Positions 39,243 to 49,286 of a stretch of 64,000 nucleotides of DNA are shown piece after piece. The stretch's first letter is position 1. Every line of letters starts with the position of its first letter. Position numbers and translations under genes: made by a program. The stretch is taken from the sequence record NZ_AP019725.1. One strand, given 5' to 3'. The stretch comes from a plasmid. The notes below the pieces were generated by a model. It was not told where the DNA came from and made no database searches. It saw only the letters and a list, made by a program, of their open reading frames with translations.

Positions 39243-40673
39243 ATGCCTATGAAAAAGTATTTATTGTTTGTGTGGATTGCTGTAGTTTTTTGTTCTTGTA
39301 ATGAAGATAACTTTGATATTTCCCCTATGGAAGCAGATGCTACTTGTGCTAACATTATTGATGATGAACACTTTGTGTCAGTTAGTCAAGCCTCTAAAGT
39401 GGGTTCCTTGTTTCTAAATAACAATGGAAATGGGAATTGCGTGCACACAAGAAACAGTTCTGTTGTTCCTGAAGCAACTTCTGATAAGACTGCTAAAGAA
39501 ATAAGAACTATTTACAATAAAAATGGTGTGCCTTGTATGTATGTAATTAACTATGAAAGTGGTGGATTTGTAATAGTAAGCGCTACTAAGAATTACTATC
39601 CGATTCTTGCATATTCTGAAACCGGTTCAATGAATGTAGAAGAAGCTATGAAGACAGGATTTTCTGTTTGGTCGGAAAAAACAATACAAAAAATTGTGGA
39701 AAGTAGTTCTTGGGATGGAGATTCCCAAGCAGAGTTTCAGAGAATGTGGGTTGCTTATGATAAACAAGAAGTAGAAGTTGCCCCTCTTGATGCTTTAAAT
39801 GATGGAGTGTTATTTCGTCAACGTATGAATGAATTATATGAACTGTGTCCAGGATATTCTTTCGGCCCGTTGACCAGTGCTCGTTCTTTCCTTTCTCAAT
39901 CAGAATATGATAGTTATGTTGAGAAGGCTGAACTTTACGGTTCTCCACTTGAATTTACGATTGTAGGCTATAAACGAGATCCCCATGAAAGGGTTGGGCC
40001 GTTAATTAATACTGTATGGAGTCAAAAAAGTCCTTTTAACGGGTTATGTCCCCAAAATTGTCTTGCAGGTTGTGTTGCTATTGCTGTGGCCCAAATCATG
40101 AGATACCATGAATGGCCTGCTACTTATAATTGGAGTGACATGCCCAATACAACAGCAACAATAGCTACTCAAACATTGATAGCAGATGTAGGTAAGGCTG
40201 TGGATATGGAATATGGTGAATCGGCATCTAAATCCTCTATTGGTAAAGCTGCACTTGGCTTTTGGGCTAAAGGATATAATGTGGAGCTAAAGGAACATAA
40301 ATCTTGGGAAGTAGAAGATGAAATATTTATCAATCATCGTCCGGTATATATGCGGGGAAATCAGAAGGAATTTATGGGTTTTAGTTGGGATGGACATGCC
40401 TGGGTGTGTGAAGGAGCTGAGAGGTGGAATACAGGTGCAAACTATTTTGTGGAGTATCTTGTAAATCGCTCTACCAATCCGAGCTATTCAAGTTGTGGAC
40501 TTCCTGCATACTGGGCTCCACAAAGGTCTTCCGGTTCTGGTTATCTTTTGTTTTATATGAATTGGGGATGGGGAGGAGAAGCTAATGCATGGTATAATTT
40601 TAGTGATGTAGATTCAGGATATGGAAATTTTGAATATGATAGACAGAATTTATATGTTTATCCTAAAAAATGA
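39243..40673 (+). CDS. C10-family (SpeB/streptopain-like, Bfp-like) cysteine peptidase with N-terminal propeptide domain, lipoprotein
   Basis: Lipobox (VFCSCNED). Propeptide-like NGVPCMYVINYESGGFVIVSATKNYYPILAYSETG. Active-site block GCVAIAVAQIMRYHEWP (compare SpeB GCVATATAQIMKYH). His block DGHAWVCEGAE. Confidence 0.8.
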   Translation: MPMKKYLLFVWIAVVFCSCNEDNFDISPMEADATCANIIDDEHFVSVSQASKVGSLFLNNNGNGNCVHTRNSSVVPEATSDKTAKEIRTIYNKNGVPCMYVINYESGGFVIVSATKNYYPILAYSETGSMNVEEAMKTGFSVWSEKTIQKIVESSSWDGDSQAEFQRMWVAYDKQEVEVAPLDALNDGVLFRQRMNELYELCPGYSFGPLTSARSFLSQSEYDSYVEKAELYGSPLEFTIVGYKRDPHERVGPLINTVWSQKSPFNGLCPQNCLAGCVAIAVAQIMRYHEWPATYNWSDMPNTTATIATQTLIADVGKAVDMEYGESASKSSIGKAALGFWAKGYNVELKEHKSWEVEDEIFINHRPVYMRGNQKEFMGFSWDGHAWVCEGAERWNTGANYFVEYLVNRSTNPSYSSCGLPAYWAPQRSSGSGYLLFYMNWGWGGEANAWYNFSDVDSGYGNFEYDRQNLYVYPKK

Positions 40674-40679
40674 TACGTT

Positions 40680-41213
40680 ATGAAACATACATATTTTACT
40701 TTGTTTTTTTGTTTGTTATCTTTATTGCTTGGTAGTTGTGACAAAAATGTGGATGATTTCTATCCTCCTTATAACTATAATTATTATATAGCTTTTGTTG
40801 ATGAATCAGGTAAGGATTTGTTGGAGGGGATATCGACTACTCTGAGTGATACAAAGCTTCCTATTCTGGAGAAAGGTACTTATTCTTATGTTTTTATTCC
40901 TCCTAATTCTAAAGACCAGTTCACGTTTTCTGGGATTATAGAGTTAGAAAATGTGAAGGGTCATAATGCTTTAGGTATTCATTTAGGAATGGCAGACTGG
41001 CATCTTCACAAAAAGCCCGAAGTGATTACTCATAATTTTGCTTCTTCTTTTATTTTTGGAGATGACGAGATGCATGAGTTGGTCTCTTATTGGAAATTCG
41101 ATAGTATGTATAAGAAGGCTGATCTTGTTCGTGTTACTATAGATAATGTGGATGCGCGCATTGAAATGGACACATATAAATTCCAATCATTGGCTATTTT
41201 AACGTTGAAATAG
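40680..41213 (+). CDS. Lipoprotein of unknown function immediately downstream of the C10 protease (candidate cognate inhibitor/partner)
   Basis: Lipobox (LLGSCDKN). 177 aa, 7 nt after the protease stop. In B. fragilis the bfp genes are paired with small lipoprotein inhibitors. Homology was not verified. Confidence 0.4.
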   Translation: MKHTYFTLFFCLLSLLLGSCDKNVDDFYPPYNYNYYIAFVDESGKDLLEGISTTLSDTKLPILEKGTYSYVFIPPNSKDQFTFSGIIELENVKGHNALGIHLGMADWHLHKKPEVITHNFASSFIFGDDEMHELVSYWKFDSMYKKADLVRVTIDNVDARIEMDTYKFQSLAILTLK

Positions 41214-41287
41214 TAATAGCATTGCTGATGATTTAATATTGTTTCCTTTTAAAGTCGTGCATAACAACATATAGTTTGTACCAATTA

Positions 41288-41340
41288 ACATAGTGTATTG
41301 AAATAAATCTAAAACTCGTTTTCAATACACTATGTTTTTT
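41288..41340 (+). terminator. Rho-independent terminator: 16-bp perfect stem (ACATAGTGTATTGAAA / TTTCAATACACTATGT), 16-nt loop, T6
   Basis: Seen directly in the sequence, 75 nt after the 40680-41213 stop. Confidence 0.7.
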
Positions 41341-41376
41341 GTATTGAAATAATTCTTTGAATAAATTTCGTATTTT

Positions 41377-41691
41377 ATGCTCCATAAAGACATAGATATG
41401 GAACATCAAGGAGAAATCATATTATATCAGCCGGACGAAGCCGTTAAGCTGGAAGTACGTTTGGAAGATGAAACAGTCTGGCTGACACAAGCACAAATAG
41501 CTGAATTATTTGGGACTGAAGTTCCAGCTATTTCTAAACATATACGCAATATTATTCGAAATGGAGAATTAGAGAAGGAAGCAACTGTTTCCAAAATGGA
41601 AATAGTTCGTTTAGAAGGTTCTCGAAAGGTTAAACGTGTTATTGATATTTATAACCTTGATATGATACGGGAATTCTCGCTTAATTCTTAA
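41377..41691 (+). pseudogene. RhuM-family (Virulence_RhuM) protein, N-terminal fragment only
   Basis: GEIILYQPDEAVKLEVRLEDETVWLTQAQIAELFGTEVPAISKHIRNIIRNGEL aligns with the N-terminus of the full-length RhuM at 60979-61839. It ends after YNLDMI, about 180 aa short. Confidence 0.6.
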
Positions 41692-41783
41692 AGAAATCGG
41701 GTGTTTCCTCTTTTATATTTGAACGAACATGATTATCTTTGTGAAAGATAATCTTTCTCACTTATAATATAAAACTCATATAA

Positions 41784-43187
41784 ATGAAATTCAACCAGTT
41801 CATAGACAGACAAGACTCTTTGGAAAGACTACAAAATGCGTTTTTAAGAGAAACGCCCCAATTTCTTGTTATATACGGTAGAAGACGCATCGGTAAATCC
41901 ACGCTCATCAAGGAGATAATGAAAGACGATGATGTCTATTTTCTGAGTGACCAGACTAATGAGACCAACCAGCGTGCCTTGTTCGCCAAGACCATTGCTT
42001 ACTGCATCCCCCGGTTTGATAAAATGATTTATCCTGACTGGGAAACGCTGCTATTGGAGTTGAATGACAAGCTAACCCGGCGTATAACCGTTTGTCTGGA
42101 CGAATTCCCGTACATGGTCAAGAGCTGTACTTCCTTGCCATCGGTCATCCAAAAGCTACTTAATGGGAAAACACTCAAATATGACTTGATTATTTGCGGT
42201 TCTTCCCAACAACTCATGCAAGGATATGTACTGGATAAAAGAGAACCCTTGTATGGCTTGGCCGATGAGATTGTCAAATTAGAGCCAATCCCCGTATCCT
42301 ACATCAGCCAAGCGTTGGAAGTGGATAGAATCTCCGCAGTGGAAGAATACTCCATTTGGGGAGGGATACCCAGATACTGGGAACTGAGAGCCGATTATTC
42401 GGACATGAACACCGCCATCCGAAAATTGATTTTAGATACCAAAGGGATATTGGCTGAAGAGCCCCAAAGACTTCTTCGTGATGACCTGCGAGATACAGTA
42501 CAGACCTCTACCATCTTATCCATCATTGGGAACGGCGTCAACCGCATTACCGAAATTGCATCAAGAGCAGGGAAGGATGCGAATCAAATTTCCGAACCAC
42601 TAAGCAAATTACGTGAGTTAGGATACGTCAGGCGTGAGATACCTTTCGGCGAGAGTGAGAAAAAAAGCAAGAAAGGCATTTATCGCATCAATGACAATAT
42701 GTTGCAGTTTTACTACCGATTCGTCGCACCGTACCATTCTATCCTCGAACTGGGACGTATCGACACCGTCATGCGCCTGATAGAGACACAATTCAGCCTA
42801 TATGTAGGTGACTGTTGGGAACACTTGTGCCGACAATATGTAAGCGGTAACGAAATAGACGGTATCATCTACAACATGGCTTCCAGGTGGTGGGGGAAGA
42901 TATTCCCCAATGACAACAAAGAGGGAACGATGATAGAACTAGATATCGTAGCAGAATCCTTCGACAAGAAACATATTCTTATCGGAGAATGTAAGTGGAC
43001 GAACGGAGAAGATGCACAACGATTGGCTCACTCTTTATCAGAAAAAGCACAAAGCCTCCCATTCGTCAAAAGGGGGCAGCAGGTGCATCTCGTCCTTTTC
43101 CTGAAAAGGACACCCGAACATCCGGAAGCAGCTAGGTATTTCCTGCCGGAGAATATTGTGAGCTCTCATGCCTTTAGGCGTGAGTAG
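41784..43187 (+). CDS. AAA-type ATPase of the PF01637-like (archaeal-type ATPase + DUF234-like C-terminal) family
   Basis: Walker A IYGRRRIGKSTL. Walker B VCLDEFPY. 467 aa. Paralog of 52242-53597. Confidence 0.65.
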   Translation: MKFNQFIDRQDSLERLQNAFLRETPQFLVIYGRRRIGKSTLIKEIMKDDDVYFLSDQTNETNQRALFAKTIAYCIPRFDKMIYPDWETLLLELNDKLTRRITVCLDEFPYMVKSCTSLPSVIQKLLNGKTLKYDLIICGSSQQLMQGYVLDKREPLYGLADEIVKLEPIPVSYISQALEVDRISAVEEYSIWGGIPRYWELRADYSDMNTAIRKLILDTKGILAEEPQRLLRDDLRDTVQTSTILSIIGNGVNRITEIASRAGKDANQISEPLSKLRELGYVRREIPFGESEKKSKKGIYRINDNMLQFYYRFVAPYHSILELGRIDTVMRLIETQFSLYVGDCWEHLCRQYVSGNEIDGIIYNMASRWWGKIFPNDNKEGTMIELDIVAESFDKKHILIGECKWTNGEDAQRLAHSLSEKAQSLPFVKRGQQVHLVLFLKRTPEHPEAARYFLPENIVSSHAFRRE

Positions 43188-43225
43188 CTCACAACAATAG
43201 ATAAGGAAGAACAAAAACAAAAGAC

Positions 43226-43876
43226 ATGAATGTGGTTATTTATTCACGTGTAAGCTCACAATCTGCCAGGCAATCGACCGAGCGGCAGATTGTTGATTTG
43301 GAAAGATTTGCAACCGGACGGGGAGACAAGGTGGTTGCGGTCTTTGAAGAAAAGGTAAGCGGACGAAAGGCCAATGTAGATCGCCCGGTATTAAGCCGTT
43401 GTTTGGAATACTGCATAGATTCGCAGAACCAGGTGGATATGTTACTTCTGGCCGAGATTTCACGCTTGGGACGTTCCACCTTGGAAATTTTAAAGGCACT
43501 TGATATACTGCATACACATAAGGTATGCGTGTACATCCAAAATTTGAATTTGGAAACATTACGGCCTGACAAGACAGTAAATCCTTTGTCTTCGCTGGTA
43601 ACTACTTTGTTAGGGGAACTTGCAGCCATGGAACGCCAGGGAATCATCGATCGCCTCAATAGCGGACGGGAGTTGTATATTGAGAAAGGGGGGAGGTTGG
43701 GACGGAGACCGGGAAGCAAAAAAAACTTGGAACAGAAAAGAGAAGAATACAAAGAGGCTATTTCTCTATTGAGGAAAGGATATTCTATCCGGAATGTTGC
43801 TAAGCTGACAAATAAATCTGTTTCAACCATTCTAAGTGTAAAAAAGGAGTTTGGCATTGAAAATAGACTAAAATGA
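43226..43876 (+). CDS. Serine recombinase (resolvase/invertase family) with C-terminal HTH
   Basis: VVIYSRVSS catalytic Ser block. LAEISRLGRS. C-terminal HTH (YSIRNVAKLTNKSVSTI). 216 aa. Confidence 0.8.
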   Translation: MNVVIYSRVSSQSARQSTERQIVDLERFATGRGDKVVAVFEEKVSGRKANVDRPVLSRCLEYCIDSQNQVDMLLLAEISRLGRSTLEILKALDILHTHKVCVYIQNLNLETLRPDKTVNPLSSLVTTLLGELAAMERQGIIDRLNSGRELYIEKGGRLGRRPGSKKNLEQKREEYKEAISLLRKGYSIRNVAKLTNKSVSTILSVKKEFGIENRLK

Positions 43877-43894
43877 GGATTACTAAAATTAAAA

Positions 43895-44722
43895 TTGATT
43901 GATATGAAAATATATCATTATACAAATATAGAAGCTTTGGCACTCATTCTAAAGAATCAAACAATTCGATTCAACCGTTTGGACAAAGTAGATGATATAG
44001 AAGAAGGCAATGCAGAATCGTGGGGAGTGAAATTCTGCAAATATGTTTTTGTTTCTTGTTGGACAGACAAGAAAGAAGAAAATATTCCTCTATGGAAAAT
44101 GTATAGCGGCAATACTGGAGGAATAAGAATTGCACTTGAACAAGAAATGTTTAAAGAGTATTTGATTTCCGATTTAAAAATTGAAAGTTTACAATCCGAA
44201 GGAAGTATGATTTCTAAAATATCGCCTCAGGATATGATAAACCCTAATTTCTTTATTATTCCTATACAAGATTATGAGAATGATTTATTTTATAGGCATA
44301 TAAAATATGTGGATGATATTTTCCCTTTTACAAAGGATGCCATTCAAGTAAATAATATCCAAGGGAATAGGGGAGATATAATTGTGGACATGAAACCTTT
44401 TGGTTATTACAAAAATAATCGTTGGAAGTTTCAAGATGAAGTTAGATTCGTTCTCTATGTTTTTCCAATAAATCCTTTGTTGGAAAGTTCTAATCCTAAA
44501 ATGAACTCTATTGTAGTTCAAAGTCTTCTAAATAATAAATCTTTACCATTTGATTATTATGACATGAAATTAAAGGATGATGCTTTTAAGAATTTGGAAA
44601 TAACATTAAGCCCCTCTGCAACAGAATCTCAAGAAACGATTGTTCGGGCATTGGTTGACAAATATGCGCCTAAGGCAAAAATTAAAGAAAGTTCTTTAGG
44701 AAAAGTTGTTCGCTTAAAGTGA
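43895..44722 (+). CDS. DUF2971-like protein
   Basis: N-terminal IYHYTNIEALALILKNQTIRFNRLDKVDD, followed by E-rich hallmarks of DUF2971. 275 aa. 18 nt downstream of the recombinase. Confidence 0.5.
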   Translation: MIDMKIYHYTNIEALALILKNQTIRFNRLDKVDDIEEGNAESWGVKFCKYVFVSCWTDKKEENIPLWKMYSGNTGGIRIALEQEMFKEYLISDLKIESLQSEGSMISKISPQDMINPNFFIIPIQDYENDLFYRHIKYVDDIFPFTKDAIQVNNIQGNRGDIIVDMKPFGYYKNNRWKFQDEVRFVLYVFPINPLLESSNPKMNSIVVQSLLNNKSLPFDYYDMKLKDDAFKNLEITLSPSATESQETIVRALVDKYAPKAKIKESSLGKVVRLK

Positions 44723-44865
44723 GGGAAATGAGAAGTATGCCAACGGAAAACGAATTTTCAAGGATACATCGTTTATTTCTGATTCTGAGAAACAAGGTCA
44801 GCCGGTTTTCTAAGCAAGAGAGATTCTCATAGGGAAAAGTAAACACAGCGATATGCATCAAAAAT

Positions 44866-44914
44866 AGACACCAATCAGAAAATACAAAGTTGCTTGTTTT
44901 AATGATTGGTGTCT
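44866..44914 (-). terminator. Stem-loop (12-bp arms AGACACCAATCA/TGATTGGTGTCT, 25-nt loop) followed by an ATTTTT run on the minus strand; candidate terminator of the primase-like gene
   Basis: Located between the convergent genes ending at 44722 (+) and 44936 (-). Confidence 0.45.
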
Positions 44915-44935
44915 GGAACTGGTTTGGGAGTTATA

Positions 44936-46552
44936 CTATATACCATGTTCTAAATCAAGACTCTTTTTTTTTGAAGTTGAAGGTTTGATATTCCATCCGG
45001 AAGTCAATGTCACTTTCTCAAAATTCTTTTCTACACTACCTTTTGTGTAAGTTAGGATGCCCTTTTCCAGGAAATTTTTGAAATCAGATGATTTCATGTC
45101 TCTGAAAATGTTTATATATTCATTTTTAAGAAATTCATTTATGGCATGTGCTGATATTTTTTTTTGCGTGCATTTTTCTATAACATATAAATTACTAGGT
45201 ACCGGTACCATCGTGTTCAGCCCCATGAAGATATTACAGTCTACCATGAGAGTGTAAGCGCTACTCTCGGCAAGAGGTGCGGAAATGCAATAATTGGCTT
45301 GCTCAAGCAGGGAATCCACCAGCTCTTTTGTGGAAGAACTGATACTATTGGCCAATTGTTCATATCCTCTTAGATTCAGTTGGGATATGGTCTTTTCGAT
45401 AGCCGGGATGAATTTCATTCCTGGACCCAGGTTCAAATCAAATCTTTTGTAATAGACAAGAAGTTCATTCCAATCTTTGTACCGTGGAGGTTTGATGATA
45501 TTTACATTGTCTATACTATGTTGCTTAAGATACTCGCCGGAGGAAAATGTGTCTTCTTTGAAGGTCAGCGTGTTTCCATCCGGGAAACTCAAATAGATGG
45601 TCTTATATGTGTCTCCAGTGTTGGTTCTGGCAAAAGCTTTACATTCCTCACCTTTGAGATAATATGCTGTGGTGATATCAAAACCATTACCGCTGGCATC
45701 ATTATCATAGCAACAATTCCACTTTACCTTATCAGATGGGAATATACGGCTTATATTCTCTATTTGGGATTTGGTGACATATCCCCCCGTGCTTATGAAT
45801 GCGCATGTGGTTTCTTTAGTATAATGGTTTAGCTCGTAGAAACTCATTGCGTCAATAGCAGATTCAAAGAGATATATGTCTGTAACCTTGTCAAAAGGAA
45901 CAAAATTGGCCATCCAACAGCTTTGGGCCTTGTCACCACCCGTGGCGAAGGCTTTATAATTGGTGTTGGTCTCTGCAAAATAGTTCCTCATTTCAAAGTT
46001 AAGGATTTCCATCCGGGAGGGTTTACGGAATGGAAAGCCGATATGATTGTTTTTCCCTACCTGGTAGATAAACAGTCTATTGGCAAAATCCTCCACAGTC
46101 TGTGGAGAGAGCCTCCTTTGGACGGTTAAATATGGATTATCCTTTTTGATAGGGCGGGGATTCCAATAATTCAAATTGAATTCCTTAATGTAGTTCTGGG
46201 TGTGGTCTTTTGTACGGCTTTGTACGTTGCTGGTGACAATTCTTTCGCCAGTCATATACCTTGAAAGAACTTCATTGACTCCTCTATATCCCTGTTGGGT
46301 GCAATAAGAGAACATATGCAATCTTTTAAGGACGAACTTGGTCAGCTCTCCCTTATCGTCAAAGCTGCCTTTCCTTGAGAAATAGGTGTTCTTTTTAGGA
46401 AAGATGACTATTTCGTCTTCTGGATTTTTGAGGTTGCCAAGAACATAGGTCAAGTTCGTTGCTTGTCTGCCCGATATGCGTGTATATCCGAGATCCTCTG
46501 CTATGTTTATGATTGATATTTTGGCCCTGCATTCATCGTAATCCATTTTCAT
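44936..46552 (-). CDS. Toprim-domain protein (DNA primase-like) of conjugative/mobilisable elements
   Basis: IYLFESAIDAMSFYEL (Toprim Glu) and WNCCYDNDASGNGF (DxD). 538 aa. Confidence 0.55.
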   Translation of the reverse strand: MKMDYDECRAKISIINIAEDLGYTRISGRQATNLTYVLGNLKNPEDEIVIFPKKNTYFSRKGSFDDKGELTKFVLKRLHMFSYCTQQGYRGVNEVLSRYMTGERIVTSNVQSRTKDHTQNYIKEFNLNYWNPRPIKKDNPYLTVQRRLSPQTVEDFANRLFIYQVGKNNHIGFPFRKPSRMEILNFEMRNYFAETNTNYKAFATGGDKAQSCWMANFVPFDKVTDIYLFESAIDAMSFYELNHYTKETTCAFISTGGYVTKSQIENISRIFPSDKVKWNCCYDNDASGNGFDITTAYYLKGEECKAFARTNTGDTYKTIYLSFPDGNTLTFKEDTFSSGEYLKQHSIDNVNIIKPPRYKDWNELLVYYKRFDLNLGPGMKFIPAIEKTISQLNLRGYEQLANSISSSTKELVDSLLEQANYCISAPLAESSAYTLMVDCNIFMGLNTMVPVPSNLYVIEKCTQKKISAHAINEFLKNEYINIFRDMKSSDFKNFLEKGILTYTKGSVEKNFEKVTLTSGWNIKPSTSKKKSLDLEHGI

Positions 46553-46623
46553 ATCTTTTAAAATTTAAAATTACACATTTTTTTGAACTGATAGGGAAAA
46601 AAGGGAGAAAAACTTTTTTTATT

Positions 46624-47658
46624 CTATATTTCTGTTGACGAATCTGTAGAGTTGGCGATTTGTTTTGCAATGGATACCCCCCACCCCGTCACCGTCTTAT
46701 TCAGAGATACAAGACTATTTCCGCCGGACTTATTGGTCATTTCGACTTTGTGGCCGGACAGCAGTTTCTTGATTGTTTCCGGAGACTGCTTTTCCAGATT
46801 AATACTGCCTATGTTTAGAGGTTCTGTTTTACCGGTGGATTTATCTTTTATCTGGAAATCTGTAATCTGACTGACCGGTATATTTCCTTTTTGGGTAATT
46901 GTTATATTTCCTTTTAGTTGCCTGCTGTCTGTTTTACATATGGAAACACCTTCAATTATGTATTTTGATTGGGCATTGTTACAAAAGTTGTCTATGGCTG
47001 ATGCATATTGTGTCAGGGCTTGGGATATATCATCGTATCCCATTTGATGGTAGTTTTCTATTACTGTAAATAGTTCGTTCTTTTCTTCTTTTAACGGGTG
47101 TCTGGACATTATGTCAGAGAAACATGTTTTCAGACTGTTGTAGTCTCCTATTCGTTCCGGATAATTCGGATCGTCAGAAAAAACGAAGTAGCTTATCTGA
47201 TTGCTTTCTTTGCTATAATTAATGGCAAAATCATAGTTTCCGTTATTTCCTGTGATACCTATATAGTCTTTTTCCTTTAATAAAAGATACTTGCCATAAG
47301 ATGTTGTATTCTCATAGGTTCTGGTAAATCCGTAATCTTTTAAGTGTTGTTCAAAATCTTTTATTTGAATAGGGAAATAGGCCTCTTCTTTCTCCTGAAG
47401 AATGTAGAACGCTTCTTTTTCACTTGTTGTCAGATCTGGGAGCTTGGTTGCTATAGAGTTTTCCAGTTGGTATGCTCTGAAATTTTCCACTACATTTTCA
47501 TGGAAATCTATCAAAAACTCCGGACTGCAACCGTTCTTCCTATAAATGTTTTCCGCTGCTTGCAGAATTTCTACAGCACAGCTGTCGCTTCCCTGGAAAA
47601 CAATGGCTGGAATATCGTTTACCAGACATTTCTTCAGTAGTTCTTTTTGATCTTTCAT
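46624..47658 (-). CDS. Conserved mobile-element protein: N-terminal DIPAIVFQG domain plus the shared C-terminal domain (paralog set A/B/C)
   Basis: The N-terminus matches 29875 and 56651. The C-terminal about 80 aa (DKSTGKTEPLNIGSINLEKQSPETIKKLLSGHKVEMTNKSGGNSLVSLNKTVTGWG) is shared with the next two genes. Confidence 0.6.
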   Translation of the reverse strand: MKDQKELLKKCLVNDIPAIVFQGSDSCAVEILQAAENIYRKNGCSPEFLIDFHENVVENFRAYQLENSIATKLPDLTTSEKEAFYILQEKEEAYFPIQIKDFEQHLKDYGFTRTYENTTSYGKYLLLKEKDYIGITGNNGNYDFAINYSKESNQISYFVFSDDPNYPERIGDYNSLKTCFSDIMSRHPLKEEKNELFTVIENYHQMGYDDISQALTQYASAIDNFCNNAQSKYIIEGVSICKTDSRQLKGNITITQKGNIPVSQITDFQIKDKSTGKTEPLNIGSINLEKQSPETIKKLLSGHKVEMTNKSGGNSLVSLNKTVTGWGVSIAKQIANSTDSSTEI

Positions 47659-47689
47659 TTTATATCTTCGTTTTTGTTGCCAGAATAAT

Positions 47690-49267
47690 TTAAATGCCAG
47701 CAGAGTTGTCAGCTGAGTTGAATACTTGTTTTACTGCGGATATTCCCCACCCCGTTATGGTTTTATTCAGAGTGACAAGACTGTTTGTGCCGGACTTATT
47801 GGTCATTTCTGTTTGTTGTCCGGATAACAACTTTTTGAGTGTTTCCGGAGACTGCTTTTCCAGGTCAATATCCCCCACATTTATAGATTCTGTCTTACCG
47901 GTGGATTTATCTAGAATGCGGTAATGGCTGCTTTCTTTTTGGCCGGAAGAATAGAATACGTCATAGATCAGAGTTTTACAACCGGAAGATTGCAATTCTA
48001 TTTGTTTTGTTGATATGTTTGTTTTCATTTCCATATATTTATTGGTAACGGCTGCCCATTTATCCATACCCTCGGCTGATATATTTTCTTTATCGAGAGC
48101 TCCAAAAGGATTTTTAGCATATTCACGCATTATTTTATTACGTTCTTCTGATAAATATTGTTCTGGACTTATCGCTGCTTTTGTATTATTCGAGGAGTAC
48201 CATTCTAAAGGATGTGGGTTATCTTCACCGTAAGCACCGTAAACTATGTCATCTACTGATTTTCTGATGTTGGCATCTGTGGTTAATGTTTCATATTTAA
48301 AGCCGTTTGGATTAGAATTTAATTCATCTTTTATACTTTTCAAATAGCTCTCGACAGTATTGTATTCAATAACTTCACATACTTTGCCATTAAAGTCATA
48401 ATATGAAATGGTTCCTATGACTTCTTTATTGGAGAGTGCTTCAATATTATACTTATCTTGAGGTTTGTTTGAATAATCGATTCTTGTATTAACTTGTTTA
48501 TGGCCATTTTCTTGTTGAATACCGGATTCTTCTATTTTAATATTGGGCTCTGTTCCCCTTTCCTTTGCAATGCCAATTTCATATTTATAATCATCTATAA
48601 TCTGTTTCTGTTTTTGTTTCTTCCAGTTCATTATTTTATCTGATTCATTATTGATATATTGATCTCCTTTATTATAATCAAGACTCATTTCTTTTATGTA
48701 AACATAACCTTCAGTATCCTGTAGACTGGAAACTAACTTTTGGGTAGGCTTTATAATCCTGCGATCTGCTGGTACCTCTATATTACCACAGTACGCTCTT
48801 GCAACTTCCTGGCAGACAGTAATAGTTGGATTTTTTATATATAAGAATAACTCTTTGTCTTTTCTTATAGTTATAAGTTGTGCTTTTTCTGTAGGATTCC
48901 TTATGTCACTAATGGAGGCCCTTCTCCATTTTAAAGCATATAGTTGTACTTTTTCTACTGGTTTTTGGATGTTTTTTATGCTGATTCCCTCTTTTATGAG
49001 GTATAGTTGCTCTTTTGCTGTTAAATTCTTAATATGACGATAGTTGTATATATCATCTTTTAAAGCGATGAATCGTACTTTTTTTGTAGGTTCCTTTATA
49101 TATTTTATTGCATGAGAAGAACTCCTTACGGCAGCCAGCTGTTGTGCTTCTGTCGGATTAGTTATCTCTTTAATCATTGTCGGATTTCTCTTGATATTTT
49201 CTAACTCTTTGTTTTCCGAAGAATTGAGAATGTCGTTAATGAGTTCTTTTAGTGGTTTCATAAGCAT
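47690..49267 (-). CDS. Repeat-containing protein (six ~22-aa IKNPTEK-type repeats) plus the shared C-terminal domain
   Basis: Repeats IKEITNPTEAQQLAAV / IKEPTKKVRFIAL / IKNLTAKEQLYLI / IQKPVEKVQLYAL / IRNPTEKAQLITI / IKNPTITVCQEVA. The C-terminal DKSTGKTESINVGDIDLEKQSPETLKKLLSGQQTEMTNKSGTNSLVTLNKTITGWG is shared with its neighbours. Confidence 0.6.
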   Translation of the reverse strand: MLMKPLKELINDILNSSENKELENIKRNPTMIKEITNPTEAQQLAAVRSSSHAIKYIKEPTKKVRFIALKDDIYNYRHIKNLTAKEQLYLIKEGISIKNIQKPVEKVQLYALKWRRASISDIRNPTEKAQLITIRKDKELFLYIKNPTITVCQEVARAYCGNIEVPADRRIIKPTQKLVSSLQDTEGYVYIKEMSLDYNKGDQYINNESDKIMNWKKQKQKQIIDDYKYEIGIAKERGTEPNIKIEESGIQQENGHKQVNTRIDYSNKPQDKYNIEALSNKEVIGTISYYDFNGKVCEVIEYNTVESYLKSIKDELNSNPNGFKYETLTTDANIRKSVDDIVYGAYGEDNPHPLEWYSSNNTKAAISPEQYLSEERNKIMREYAKNPFGALDKENISAEGMDKWAAVTNKYMEMKTNISTKQIELQSSGCKTLIYDVFYSSGQKESSHYRILDKSTGKTESINVGDIDLEKQSPETLKKLLSGQQTEMTNKSGTNSLVTLNKTITGWGISAVKQVFNSADNSAGI

Positions 49268-49286
49268 TTTGTTTTGTAATTATTGA

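Noticed and set aside
43236-43857. Minus-strand ORFs (107 and 205 aa) opposite the serine recombinase gene
   Set aside because: The recombinase frame carries the catalytic Ser block and HTH. The antisense frames are Arg/Ser/Pro-rich noise.
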